This document shows positions 1 to 14,000 of a DNA stretch of 64,000 bases, piece after piece (the stretch's first letter is position 1; each line of letters opens with the position of its first letter). The translations under genes and the position numbers were made by a program. This DNA comes from the human T2T-CHM13v2.0 reference genome, Homo sapiens: the NCBI RefSeq assembly GCF_009914755.1, contig NC_060935.1; one strand, 5' to 3'. Below the pieces are notes generated by a model. It had not been told where the DNA came from. It was given only the letters and a program-made list of their open reading frames with translations, and searched no databases.

Positions 1-524
1 CCTCAATGGATACGAGAAGAAATCAAAATCGTAACACACTTTTTATCTCTTAATCAATTCTCTCATATAATATAGTTGCTCAAGGGTCTCTCATTCACCA
101 ACCTACCCCACTCCCAACCTTCAAAACCAGTTTCAAATTTGCATTCTCCCCTTTCCCCTTTATCTTAAAAATTCTTTATTAAGAAGATTCAGCGTGTCTT
201 CCCTATTTTTACATTTTCGCTCCATTCAGCCTATTAGAAAGAAGTAGAGTCCTGGAAGAAGACCCAGTAAGAAAGAATCCTTCCACCCTAGAAAGACTTA
301 CCACTGGGCAAGCAGACTACCTGAGGGACAGATATTACCAAGGGAATCTTGGTAGATACACTGAGTCGGTGAGAAACTAAAGGGAAGACTGTGAATACTA
401 ATATGAATAACTTGTATTTCTCTTTTGACAAATAATTGTACATGTTTATGGAGCAAACAACTCTTCTCTGTTCTATACATTATATATAGAGTCATATCTA
501 AAGCTACTAGGTGATTATAATGAC

Positions 525-823
525 TTTTTTTTTTTTTTTTTTGAGATGGAGTTTCACTTTTGTTGCCCAGGCTGGAGTGCAATGGCGGAATCTCAGCTCA
601 CTGCAACCTCCGCCTCAGGGTTAAAGCGATTCTCCTGCCTCAGCCTCTGGAGTAGCTGGGATTACAGGCATGCATCACCACACCCGGCTAATTTTGTATT
701 TTAGTAGAGATGGGAGTTTCTCCTTGCTGGTCAGGCTGGTCTTGGACTACTGACCTCAGGTGATCTGCCCACCTTGGCCTCCCAAAGTGCTGGGATTACA
801 GGCGTGAGCCACCACGCCTGGCC
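525..823 (-). mobile_element. Alu (AluS-like), full length
   Basis: Dimeric Alu, T-tail, TSD tataatgactttt. Confidence 0.95.
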
Positions 824-2279
824 ATATAATGACTTTTTAAATCAAATAAGGGACAAGCCACAAAACAAAAAAGGTCAAAGTTTCTAAACGTAGAGATAAA
901 AATAACACATTGAATGGGCCCGGGACAAGGAAAACTTCCGCAAATGTAAACAAATACTTAAGTAATACATGTAAATTGCTTAGAATAGAACCTGGCATGA
1001 TACTGGATTAATGTAGTCATTGTTATTATTGACCCAACTTTCTTGGTTCCCAGCTCCTTTGTTGTTAGATGATCACACAAACCCCTCAAACAGAAATCAC
1101 CTCTTTGTGTAGCTGTTCAGTTTGGGGACAGAATCTGACTTAATAGCTCCTCTAAAACAAGGTTCTTTTTATCCTTCTTTGCTGCTCCAGGCTAGCACAG
1201 TACCCGACACACAGTTGGAATCAACAAATGCTTGTTAAAGGAATTAGTTCTGCTAAGTGAAGATGGTTTACCCTGGAAACCTGAGACTTTACATTGAAAA
1301 GCATTCTAATCCCAGGTTGCCTTCTATGGGACCCATTTTTGGCAAGGATTTGACAAATCAGAGGGTCTGACCAAACCAATATTATATTATAACACATGAT
1401 AAGCAGGCCAACTTTAGACACACATTCTAACAGCTTGACTGAAAAAGTCCAAGTTGATCCCAGTTTAGTTTTGTAATCCGAAAACACACTTCCTCAGTAT
1501 TTTCCATACAGTTGACTACTGTGTGTGTCTCTCAAATCTCATGACCTGCCATCAACCCTCGAAGAAAAACAAAATTATTAAGACCAAGGTCTACAATACA
1601 AATAATCCGGTATTTGTCACAGGTTTCACTTTTGTCGAGCCATTTCTGAACTCATTATAAAACTATGTCTATGTAGGACCTTATTGTCCATGTCAACAAA
1701 CCCCTACAACAAAGGAAAGACTTGGGGGTTACCCGGGGGGGAACCTGAAGTCCCGGGGTCTAGTCCTAGTGCCAATTCTGCTACTGACTAGATAAGTTAG
1801 TGAAGTTGTTACACCTTACTCATCATCCATTTCTTAATGTATAAAATAATGATTCAAATATTTGCAGAATGTCTATTATATGCTGGTCATTACGCTGAAT
1901 GCTAAAAATACAAAGATGAATACTATCCCTATCTTTAAGGGTTTGATATTTTATTGGAGTTGGACAGAAATTATATACATTAAATTAAAATACAATTTAG
2001 TAAGTAATATAATGGCACACAGTTTTACAGAAATGTAAAAGACAGACCCATTATTCTAATGGGTGGATAGACACACCAGGAAACTAAGAACTAAGAAAGA
2101 ACATTTTATGGGTTTATTCTATGCATAAAACAAGGTGGATGGGTAAGGAGGGGAATAAATGCCAGAATGCAGTTGCTAAATTGGATCTTCAAATCAAGAA
2201 CAGCATCAAGTCTATTGAAATATTATTTTAATTGTAGCATGTAACGAAAATTCTATTTCACACACAGGTACATTGGTAA

Positions 2280-2597
<318 letters not shown>

Positions 2598-3594
2598 TGA
2601 AATGGGGTTTTTTTGTTTGTATTTTTTTTAGTCTGGGCACAGCTTAATTAAAGTACTTTTTGATCCATACACAGTTTGAAAAATCTAAGGCTCTTCCTGA
2701 TATAAAATGTCTTTTCAGTGGCAAAGACATGGTGGAAATATTTGTTGGAAAATGTTTAACATTAAAAAGGCATTTATTGGTACAGCAAATATATGGTAAA
2801 ATTAGAGACAGATACATCAACTGATCAGCAATCTAGAGGTATAGTTCCCAATATGCCCACTGATATAGAAGTAAATGGATACATCTTGAGATTTACCCAT
2901 TACAACTGAGTTTTAGATCCCATTCTAGAATCAGGTAGTAATCTGAGCTGAACTAGAGAGGCAGAGAAAAGGCCCGAACACCTCAAAATTTATAAAGCTT
3001 ACATAGTCAGTGATATAGCCTTCCATTTTCCCTCTTTGACTCACTGACTAATAAGTTACAGAGTGCTCTTCAGATTTTCCTTGGGGACCACGTTGTCCTA
3101 GCTCCTCACAGAGGAAACTATATTCCATTTCATTCAGAAGCTTCATACACAGACTCTCCATTGGCTTCTGGTGCCTGCCAGATGTGCTCAGACCATCCTA
3201 CTCCTTATACCACCCTTCTGCCAAATCACCTGCAGTACTTTGGATACAGCAGCTCTGCGCATTCCAGATTTAACTGTTTCCCATAGTCTAACAGAGGGAA
3301 GTTTATTTAAACTTGCATGTGCAAAAGATCAGAACGTAAGTATAATTAGAGGGGAAATATGGGGGAAATGTTAATCATATGTATACGAACAGGACCAGAT
3401 AGGCAGGGAGACTGTTTCTTCCTTAGAACTTCCTGGACTACAAATAGTTTATTTTTGCCTTAGATTGTAGTCAGCTCTCTTTGAGAGCTAAGTACCTACA
3501 TCCCAGATGTGAACTCAAGGAGCAAAATGAAGATTCCCTAAGCAAAGTCTGCCTGTTTTGGCATTAATAAGAAGAGCCCATTAATGATGAATAA

Positions 3595-3810
3595 CAATAC
3601 TTCTAATAAAGAGCTAACACTGAGACAGTACTTGCTGTGTACCAGATACTATTCTAAGCACTTTATGTATTAACTCACTCAATCTTCACAACAAGCCCTA
3701 TGAGATAGGTTCCATCATTAGCCTCACTTTAAGGATGAAAAAATTGAGACACAGAATACTTGCCTAGTTAGTAAGTAATGGGATTCAAATACAGACCAGC
3801 CAGCTCTTGC
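3595..3810 (-). mobile_element. MIR
   Basis: Reverse MIR core (aatcttcacaacaagccctatgagatagg...gatgaaaaaattgagacacaga). Confidence 0.75.
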
Positions 3811-4039
3811 TACAGCTTTTTCATCTTTTAAGTAAAAGGTTGTGTTCAGTATATGTGAAACTTGGAAATGTGTTTTCACACATTCTGTTCTGATTAAAAG
3901 TTGGGGAATACATCCTTTGTTTACTGTAGGATAAGGCAAGAATAACCATAAAAGTCTGGACAACCTAGGTTTCAAGTTCTAATCTAGGCTCATGATGAGG
4001 GAGAGTTGGAGGGGGGCACCGAGACTGTGACTAGGGAAG

Positions 4040-4813
4040 TGTCTTAATCAGCCTGGGCTGCTATAACAAATTACCATAGACTAGGTGACTTAAACAACAG
4101 ACTGACAGTTGGGATATTTGTCCCCGCCCAAATCTCATGCTGAATTGTAATCCTTAGTACGGGAGGTGGGGCTTGGTGGAAGGTGTTTAGATCATGGGAG
4201 TGGATCCCTCATGGCTTGGTGCTGTGAGTCTTGTAAGAGCTGTTCATTTAAAAGTGTATGGCACCTCCTGCCACCCCGACTCTCTCAAGCTTGCCCCTGC
4301 TTTCGCTGTGTGATGTGCCTCTTCCCCTTTCATCTCCTGCCATGACTGAAAGCTCCCTGAGGCTTCACCAGAAGCTGAGCAGATGCCAGCAACATGCTTC
4401 TGGTAAAGCCTGCAGAACTGTAAACCAATTAAATCTATTTTCATTTTAAATTATCCAGTCTCAGGTATTTATTTCTAGCACTGCAAGAACAGCCTAATAC
4501 ACAGACATTTCTCACAGTTCTGGAGGCTGGGAAGTCCAGGATGAAGGAACTAGTAGGTCCAGTGTCTGGTGACGGCCCTTTTCCAGCTTTACAGAGGGCT
4601 GCCTTCTTGCTGTGTCCTCACATGGCAGAAAAAGGCGACTGGATGGAAGTTCTCTTGTGTGTGTTCACTTCTTATAAAGACACTAATCCCATCATGAGGG
4701 CTCTACTCTCATGACTCAATTTTCCCAAAGGCCCCATCTCCAAATTCTATCACACTGGGGATCAGAATTTCAATACATGGTTTTGGGGGGACACAAACAT
4801 TGAGTCGGTAGCA
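4040..4813 (-). mobile_element. MLT1A-type MaLR LTR, interrupted by an MST LTR
   Basis: tgtcttaatcagcctgggctgctataacaaa...ttctggaggctgggaagtcca...cggtagca. Confidence 0.8.
4103..4501 (+). mobile_element. MST-type MaLR solo LTR
   Basis: TG...CA termini, MST motifs, perfect 5-bp TSD CAGAC (4098-4102 / 4502-4506). Confidence 0.9.
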
Positions 4814-5229
4814 GGGAGTACAGGGGACCGGCATGTTGACCAGGCAAGTTTAACTCACTTTATTTTGAAGAACGTGGTAGCAGCAGAAAAGCCTATTATG
4901 CTTTGGAGACAAGTGGACTCAGCTTTATATGGTCCTGGGCTAGTTTCTTAACTTGAGCTTGTTTCTGGCTGACATGAGAATATTATCTATCGCACAGTAT
5001 TGTAGCAAAGATTAAATGAGATGCAATCGGCTCATACCTGCAAAGTTTACTTACTACGTAGTTAAGTACACAATAAAATTTACACTTCACTCTCTCTCCT
5101 ACTTTCTTATTTTCCCTCCACCCTGCCAGAGATAAGGAGGATGAATCTGCTTCAGACAAAAAGCAAGTACTGAATAACTGGATACTTGTTTTACTATCCA
5201 GCACTGCTTCCCTTTCTCATGGAGGAAAT

Positions 5230-5745
5230 TGCTTTCCACGAGATGCAAACATGATTCTGAGCGAAGCTGTCACTCATCCCTCTCCACACCTACCACGTGA
5301 GTGTCAGGTGAGGCACAGGTAGCTCTAGTCTGACTACCGTAGTTTCCAATTCCCTGGCCATAATGGCTCAGTCCAGGGGTAGAATTATGGCCCCAACTGT
5401 CAGTATCCTTCCCTAGGATTTTAAATTTGGAGTTCTAAAAGTAAGGACCTTGCCTTTTAGGTTACAGAGATGAGAGGACTGAGGGTTGCCAGTGATCTCC
5501 TTTCTTATCACCTATAGACAGCTTGCCTACAGGAAAAAAGAAAGCCAAACACAGACAAGCAGTATGAGATACAATGAGCGCCCTTGGGCCATTAAAATAT
5601 GATTGTGTGCCCAAGGTCGCCTGGTATCTAGAAAATTTTCTTCCATTTTCTGAGCTTCCTTATTATCATACCATTACATTTCTATTTCTTGCTTAAATTT
5701 ACCTGAGTTGGTTTTTGTCATTAGCAATTCCAAAAGTCCTTAAAA
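5230..5745 (+). mobile_element. Old MLT1 (J/K-like) LTR remnant
   Basis: 3' end cttaaatttacctgagttggtttttgtcattagcaattccaaaagtcct resembles the old MLT1 terminus. Confidence 0.5.
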
Positions 5746-5931
5746 CATGAATTTATATTTTATGTCAGACTTTTCTGCAAGGTGCTTTACAGTCAAGATC
5801 CCATTCAATTCTCATAGCAACCCTGATGTGAAGGCATTGGTTCTCTCTTTCTCCCTTCACCCTGACTGCATATCTGTGATGGTGTGAACTTCTTTGTAAG
5901 CCTAGGATCAGAGTACAGGATTCATAGTCAC

Positions 5932-6072
5932 TTTTTTCTTTTTGTTCTTTTGTTTTGTTTCTTTGAAACAGGAGTCTTAATGCTCAGGCTTGTCTTGAAC
6001 TCCTGGCCTCAAGCAATCCTCCTGCCTCCATCTCCCAAGTAGTTGGGATTATAACCACGAGCCACTGTGCCC
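5932..6072 (-). mobile_element. FLAM / Alu monomer
   Basis: Monomeric Alu left-arm sequence with T-rich tail. Confidence 0.8.
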
Positions 6073-7029
6073 CATAGACACTTCTTATATTTAACCAAAT
6101 CATATGGCAGAATAGAGGCCTTATATCCACTTACCATACCAACTAGAATACACTCAGACTATACCTGCTTAGATCACATGCCCAATCCAAAATAATCATG
6201 GTGGCTGAGGGAATGCAATGTGCTAACTAGCCAAACCTGAAGCTTAGGATAGATGGAGCCAGCTTCCCCAGAATCACACAGATGTCTGAACACAAATTAA
6301 GGTGTTGCAAGGAAGGAGAAAGGAGATGAATTTAAGAGAAGCAATCAATAAGTGTTCGTTACATACAAGGAAAATTGGAATCAAGTTATTAAGATCATCC
6401 AGCTCTCTGAACCATCTGATCAGTAACTCCTCCTGTTCACATTACTTCCTGTTGTGACCTCACGCTTCTTCAGACTAATTTAAGACTGTGGTTCTCCAGA
6501 GGCTTCAGCTATTCTCCACAGAGAAGCTAGCTGATTTGTCATGACTTCTAATCACTCATCCTGAGTACCAAATTGAAATGCTGATTTGGCAAGATTATTA
6601 AAAGATCTCAAGGCACTTTCCAGAACATAAAAGACTTGGTTAAAAGTAAGTATCTCTTGAGTCAATTAAAATGTCCTTGGCTGTCTTTCTTGCCTTGGTT
6701 TCCTCCTTAGTAAGTGTAAATTCAAAATAACAGGGAAATAGATAAGGTAAAGCTTCTTTTTAGGAAAGGGTTTTCTCACACAGTTGACCGACAAGACAGA
6801 TTTCCTACTGGCTGGACTGATAACAGTGAGCAAATGGGTCCTGATACCTTCACCATCCTATGATTTTCAACAAGCTACTATATTTCATTAATTCAAATTC
6901 AGTTCTATTTTAACATCAAAATCAGAATGTTTCCTACTGTTGAGAGTGTCTTACAGTTAAGCTGCAGTCAGGACACAGCTGTCATTGCCTGCACAAGAGT
7001 GTACTTGGTTGTCATGTCTGTCATTGTGA

Positions 7030-7300
7030 CTGAACAAATACAACCCTGAACAAATAAATCAAGGGCCATTTTAAGGAGAAACATGAATTTCAGTAGTTGT
7101 GAGACTTTTTGCTAAGATCTTCTAGTAAGACCAAGAAAGTGCCAAAGTTGAAACTTGCAAAATACGTGTCAGTAACCTGAAAGAAAAATTTGAAGACAAT
7201 GTTGAATCATTTTTAAGAAATGTTGCACCATCAATACTCTTGATGGCATGCAGGGCAGTTATTATGTAGGCAAATATGGACAATGAATTAAAAAGTGATT
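7030..7300 (+). mobile_element. Tc1/mariner (pogo/Tc2, Kanga-like) transposase remnant
   Basis: Decayed frames give KLAKYVSVT*KK...FKKCCTINTLDG, resembling the pogo-type WVSAAW...SFKKCCITNALDG motif. Confidence 0.55.
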
Positions 7301-7495
7301 GAAAGCTAGAATTGATTATGAAGTAGTTTTAGAAATTTCTTTACCAATGTTTCATTTATACTTTTCTTTTTTGTGTATGCAAGAGAGTGCCGGACTATAA
7401 ATCCATGTCCGCATAAGTCTACAAGCACTCTTTCAATAAGGTATTTATTCCCCTGCTTAGTGGAATATAAAATAATTGTGAATGACATTGAATGA

Positions 7496-7771
<276 letters not shown>

Positions 7772-7937
7772 TGAGAACATTTCTAAGGCCTCATTTGAAA
7801 ATTGGGATGACAAAGACTCCCTAATAGCTGTAGAATAAAATGCAAATAAAACACAGCATTCAAAGGCCTCTATAACATTGCCTAAATCTACATTTTCCAC
7901 TCTTGTCTCCTATCACACTTCCAAGTCCACTACACAC

Positions 7938-8401
7938 TGTGAAATTAAATAATTCAAACTGAAAGCTATTGGAACTTTAAATTATTCGGAGCCTTGGGAG
8001 GAATGTGGCTATGCAGCCTGAGTCACATGTCATGCAGCTGCAACTTCTGCCCCCATTCCCCACCCCCAAACCCCCCACCCCGTAATTAAGACCAAATGGC
8101 GCCAGAGATAAGACCATCTCAGAACGTTGTCCCTCCTCATGGAGTAATCTTCCTTGGAATGTAGGAATCTGTAACCAGTCAAATCACTGTAACGTATGCA
8201 CTGGTCTTGTATGGGAAATGTTGTAATCCTGTTAAAATTTCTGTGTCTCTGCCTATGTAAGTGAAACCTTATCTTCTCTACTTTGAAACTCTGACCCCAT
8301 TCATTTGGAGTCAGTGTCTCCCAGGTGGCCATACTTAAGCTTTGTACTCAAATAGACTCTACTTAATCGTATTTTCTGAATCTCACTATTTAAGGTTGAC
8401 A
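7938..8401 (+). mobile_element. Solo ERV LTR (tentatively LTR47-like)
   Basis: TG...CA ends, ~464 bp, flanks acac/atac, LTR-like 3' part (cttaagctttgtactcaaatagactct...aaggttgaca); subfamily uncertain. Confidence 0.7.
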
Positions 8402-9656
8402 ATACCAAATTATACACATTATTCCTTGAAGATCACCTGCTCCTTTTCACTTCTGTGCCTTTAAGTTGTTTCTTCCACTGAAAATGTCCCATCTCCCATC
8501 CATCTCATTTACTAGAAGGTGGTCTTGAATAGCTTCTTTAATCTCTCAATTCCTCACTTTTCTTATCTTTGAAATGGGAATCTAACTTTAGGTTTGATTT
8601 GAGGATTTAATGAGCTAATACATATAAAGCACTTAACACAGACTCCAACTAACCTGTGGTCAAGCAGTATTTATCTGTGTCTTGAGAGATGAGTCTCAAA
8701 AAAGTAGTGAACTAGCCAAGGGCACACAGCTTATTTAACAGCTAAGGCAGAGTAAGAACTTAGACCTCCTCACTCCCAGTACAGAGCTGTCTTTAGATTT
8801 AAGAAATGGCTCTTCCTCCTCCCACCTGCTACAGCCAAATACTGCTAGACTGGTAAAAAAGGTTCTTCTTTTATTTCCCTAGAAGCCTGTTTCTCCCTCT
8901 TCCTCCTTTCCCTATATCAGATCTCCTAAACATGTTACTAAAAACTAAAAGGTAAATAGATAAAAAAAAAAAGGTTCCATGTTTGAGCACATTTGACCCT
9001 GTGTTAAGCACATTAAATGAGTTTATCATTTCAGAGCCTCCAATGTAGTTATGTACATATAGAGTCACCATGAAAAAGAAATATAGTATGGATTGTTTCT
9101 CAAATTATTTAATCAGAGAACCAGAGGTGGCTGTATCACATATGTGAGGTCAGGCCATTAAAACCTACACACTTAACTTCGCAGTTCCTTGCTGCTTAAA
9201 GAATAAGAGCTCTAACTCCTTAGCATATGAGAATCTTCATAACTTGGCCATGCTAATCCCACCACTTCTCATATATCAGCTCCATTCTCATCATTCCAGC
9301 GTGTCAGTAACAAGTTTTACAAGTTGTTCCCTTTGGCTAAAAGACCTTTGTTCTCTTCTTCTAGTCCAAGTTTTACTGATCCCTCCAGACCTGGCTGATG
9401 GAACCAAGCCCTGAAGCCTTCTCTGAATATTCCCAATCAATTAGCTGTACCCTCCTCTGTGCTCTCATGGCACTTTGTTTATGTCGGAATTGCAGCATCT
9501 CAGTGGCTCTCAGTTAACCGTTGATTGATTTCCTTCTACACCTGGCTCCTGAAGGCCAAGGACTGTATCATTTACATCCCCAGTGAGAGGCATCCTGTAG
9601 GCACTCAATAAAAGCCTACAATTCCTTGGCCCCCCCTTCTGCTGGAGCAATATTCT

Positions 9657-9747
9657 TTTTTTTATTATTATTTTTTTTTTTTTGAGACAGAGTCTCGCTC
9701 TGTCGCCCAGGCTGGAGTGCAGTGGCGGGATCTCGGCTCACTGCAAG
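9657..9747 (-). mobile_element. 5'-truncated young AluY (Ya5-like)
   Basis: 64-bp Alu 3' end with GAGATCCCGCCAC (Alu sense), T-tail, perfect 17-bp TSD tgctggagcaatattct. Confidence 0.9.
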
Positions 9748-10264
9748 TGCTGGAGCAATATTCTAAAACAAAGCTTTCCTGGATTCTCAAAGACCTGAGG
9801 TATGCTTTTTTTCCTAGTGTAAATAACAATAGGGATACTTACACTTTAATGCCTAATAGACCCTCCAAGAACAGCAGTTAGGTAAGTCTCTGTGTATTGC
9901 ATAGTACTGCACATAAAATTAAGTCACCACGCATGGAAAGCAATGCATTCCTTCCTTTTCAGTCAATTGTAATCATGAGACCTTTTAGACTTAGCCACAA
10001 TAAATCCTATTTTTCTAAACGTTCAAAAGACTGTCAAATGTTGTTCCTCCAATTTTAATAAAGTCCCTGTAGATTTGAGAGCAGAAAACATTTATTTTAT
10101 TTGTTACTAAAACAAGGAACTCGATTAGAAGTCAACAGTATGAGATGAAAACTAGAGATTATGAGCCATGATTCTTTTACTCATGATAGAGGTTCTGGCC
10201 TCTCAGATTCCCTAGACTAACGTTTCTCAGAAAACACATTTAGTCTATCCTTTGTCTGACTTTA

Positions 10265-10630
<366 letters not shown>

Positions 10631-10750
10631 CTACCATTTCCATGAAAAGTAGGCATAAGATAAAAAATTCATTAATTCAAACACTGAAACACAAGGAATG
10701 GCATAGCTACGACAATGTCTTTTTCTTTTTTTTTAAGACGTGGGGTCTCA

Positions 10751-11060
<310 letters not shown>

Positions 11061-11061
11061 G

Positions 11062-14000
11062 GCCACAGACCTCGTCCCAGGAGTAGTGAGTCAGGGTAAG
11101 GTCTCTGGGAGGTGGAGGGATTGAATGGGAGAAATGATCTTCCAAGGCCCTTTCCAAGGCTCCCAAAATCTTGGAACTTTACTCGCCAGGCATTGCGGGC
11201 TTTCGTGACATTGCTGGCTTTCCTGACATTGCTTTTCAGTGGTGCAGGAGCAGAGAGCTTCACTGCCCAGAGCAGCAGCGTGGCGACAGAGGCATAGTTG
11301 AGCAAAGAAAGAGGAAAGGGGCCTCCAGGGAAGCCAGAGCTGACTGAAGTGTTCTTGGGAAGATCTATTCATTGATTTTGTACCAAACCTGCACTCTCAT
11401 TTTGTACCAAAATGTACCAAACCTGATGCACCTCAAAGGTGGCACCAGATGGGTGTGAATGTCACACACAGGAGTAAAACTCTTCCTAGAGCAAATGATA
11501 ATGAGAGAGCTGAAGGCAGATGCATGCTTGAACTCTCATATGGGAGCTATGTGGGAGACCAACAGGTCTGTGAAAGAGAACTCCAGTCAGAGTAAGAAAT
11601 ACAGCACACAAATCGAGTGTCTCAGTCCTGGGAGTGCTTGCAGGCACTTCCGGAGCTTCCATTATCATGAAGCAACTGAACCGCTTGAGGCTATCAACCA
11701 ACTTCAGAAATTGTGCCATCAGTGGCTGAGGCCAGAGATCCACTCAAAAAAGCACATTTTGGAAATGCTGGTACTAGAGCACTTCCTGACCATCCTGCCA
11801 AAGGGGACCCAGAACTGGGTGCAGAAGCATCATCCACAGCTTGCCAAACAGGCCCTGGTCCTGGTGGAACGCTTGCAGAGAGAACCTGGTGGAACAAAGA
11901 ATGAGGTCACAGCCCATGAGCTGGGAGAGGAGGCAGTGCTCTTGAGAGGAACAACAGTGGCCCCAGGCTTCAAGTGGAAGCCAGCAGAGCTCGAACCAAT
12001 GGGTCTGTTCTAGAAAGAATACTGGAACACATACAGGGTACTACAAGAACAGCTGGGCTGGAATACTCAGAAAGAAACCCAGCCTGTATATGAAAGAGCT
12101 GTGCATGTTCAACAGATTTTAGCCCTTTCTGAGCACAAAAGCACCAAAGACTGGAAGATGGCACCTAAGCTCATCTGGCCTGAGTCCCAGAGTTTATTGA
12201 CATTTGAAGACATGGCTGTGTACTTCTCTGAGGAAGAATGGCAATTATTAGGTCCTCTTGAGAAGACTCTCTACAATGATGTAATGCAGGATATCTATGA
12301 GACTGCCATCTCTCTAGGGTTAAAGCTAAAAAATGACAATGGAAATGACTATCCTATAATATCGGTTTCTGCACCTGAAATACAAACAGCAGGATACAAA
12401 GTATCAAAAAAGACCAGAATGAAAATTGCCCAGAAAACAAAGGACAGGGAAAATCATGGTGATACACACAGGGTATAGAAATGGCATCAAGCTTTTCCAA
12501 GGAAGAAAAGAAACTTACAACTTGTAAACAAGAGCTTCCAAAACTTATGGATCTTCACGGGAAAGGCCACACAGGAGAGAAACCTTTTAAATGTCAGGAC
12601 TGTGGGAAAATCTTCAGAGTTAGCTCAGATCTTATTAAGCACCAGAGAATTCACACTGAAGAGAAACTCTATAAATGTCAACAATGTGACAGGAGGTTTA
12701 GATGGAGTTCAGGTCTTAATAAGCACTTCATGACACATCAAGGAATAAACCCATATAGATGCTCATGGTATGGGAAAAGCATTAGTTATGACACAAATCT
12801 ACAAACACACCAAAGAATTCACACAGGAGAGAAGCCCTTTAAATGTCATGAATGTGGGAAAATATTCATTCACAAATCCAACCTTATTAAATACCAGAGA
12901 ACTCACACAGGTGAGCAGCCTTATACTTGTAGCATATGCAGGAGAAACTTTAGTAGGCAGTTGAGCCTTCTTAGACACCAGAAACTCCACAGAAGATGGG
13001 AAGCATGTCCAATGTCTCCAAACTGAGGAAAGTTACCATGTAGAGATTGATTTTAGATGTGATGAAAGAATACAAAATTATGAGGCACCCAATGATAGGA
13101 ATCTGTCATCAACAGAACATTTGGGAGGGGTACATATTATGCTTCACAAAAGTTATCTAACCTGTCTTATTCAGCATTGCATCTTTCATGCCTAGCACAA
13201 GACTGATACATAATTAGTATTTTATTAATAAAAAAATGAAAGTGTAGCTATGAGATATCTTTACCTGTCTATCTATACGTATGTATCTGGTTATTCAAAG
13301 CTTCCCCATCCCCAGTCAGTGCCTGAGATATATGATGGTCAAGACTCTTAGACTCATTCTTTATTCTTTGTCAGGAGAGATGGAAGGTAAGAGTACCTGG
13401 GCCCTCTCAAGGGAGTTCAGAGAGAATTACTAAGTTAGGGACAGTTTCAATAGCTATCATTCTATCTATGTGAACAATCAAACCCAGGACTCAGGGAACT
13501 TTATAACAGAAAGAGGATTCAGTGTTTGCCCTGGGAGAAGTGCCCCATTCTAGTTGCTTCTTTCCTGAGTACCCACTACCACAATGTCTTCTGTCAAGGA
13601 ATTACAAGTAGCAAGGGAAGGTCTGGCTACAAGGACAGACCTAGGGACCCTGCAAGCACTTGATATCTCTTCTCTTGCTGACTCTGTCAACACAGACAAC
13701 ACAAAATGGAATGATGAAGGAGGCAGTCTTGGCCCTCATCCAGGTATCTGTTTCTTTGTAGAAAGTACACATAAGTAATGAAGGTCTTTTTCTGACTTTC
13801 ATTATGTGCACTGGATGGAGGCTTTCAAACTGGTGCTACACTGCTGCAGGGCCTAAAGGGAGGCCTGTCCTTATGGCTGATCAGCTACAACCCTATATGC
13901 CTGAATACTCTGCAAGAAGGCCTGGAGGTTTTCCAAAACTGATTTATTGAGAATGGCAAGGAGGGCCCTGTGACCTCTTAGCCTTGGTGCACAGCTAATA

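Noticed and set aside
12481-13026. 181-aa zinc-finger ORF as a functional gene
   Set aside because: It is the frameshifted tail of the retrocopy, its ATG comes from another frame, and two fingers lack a zinc ligand
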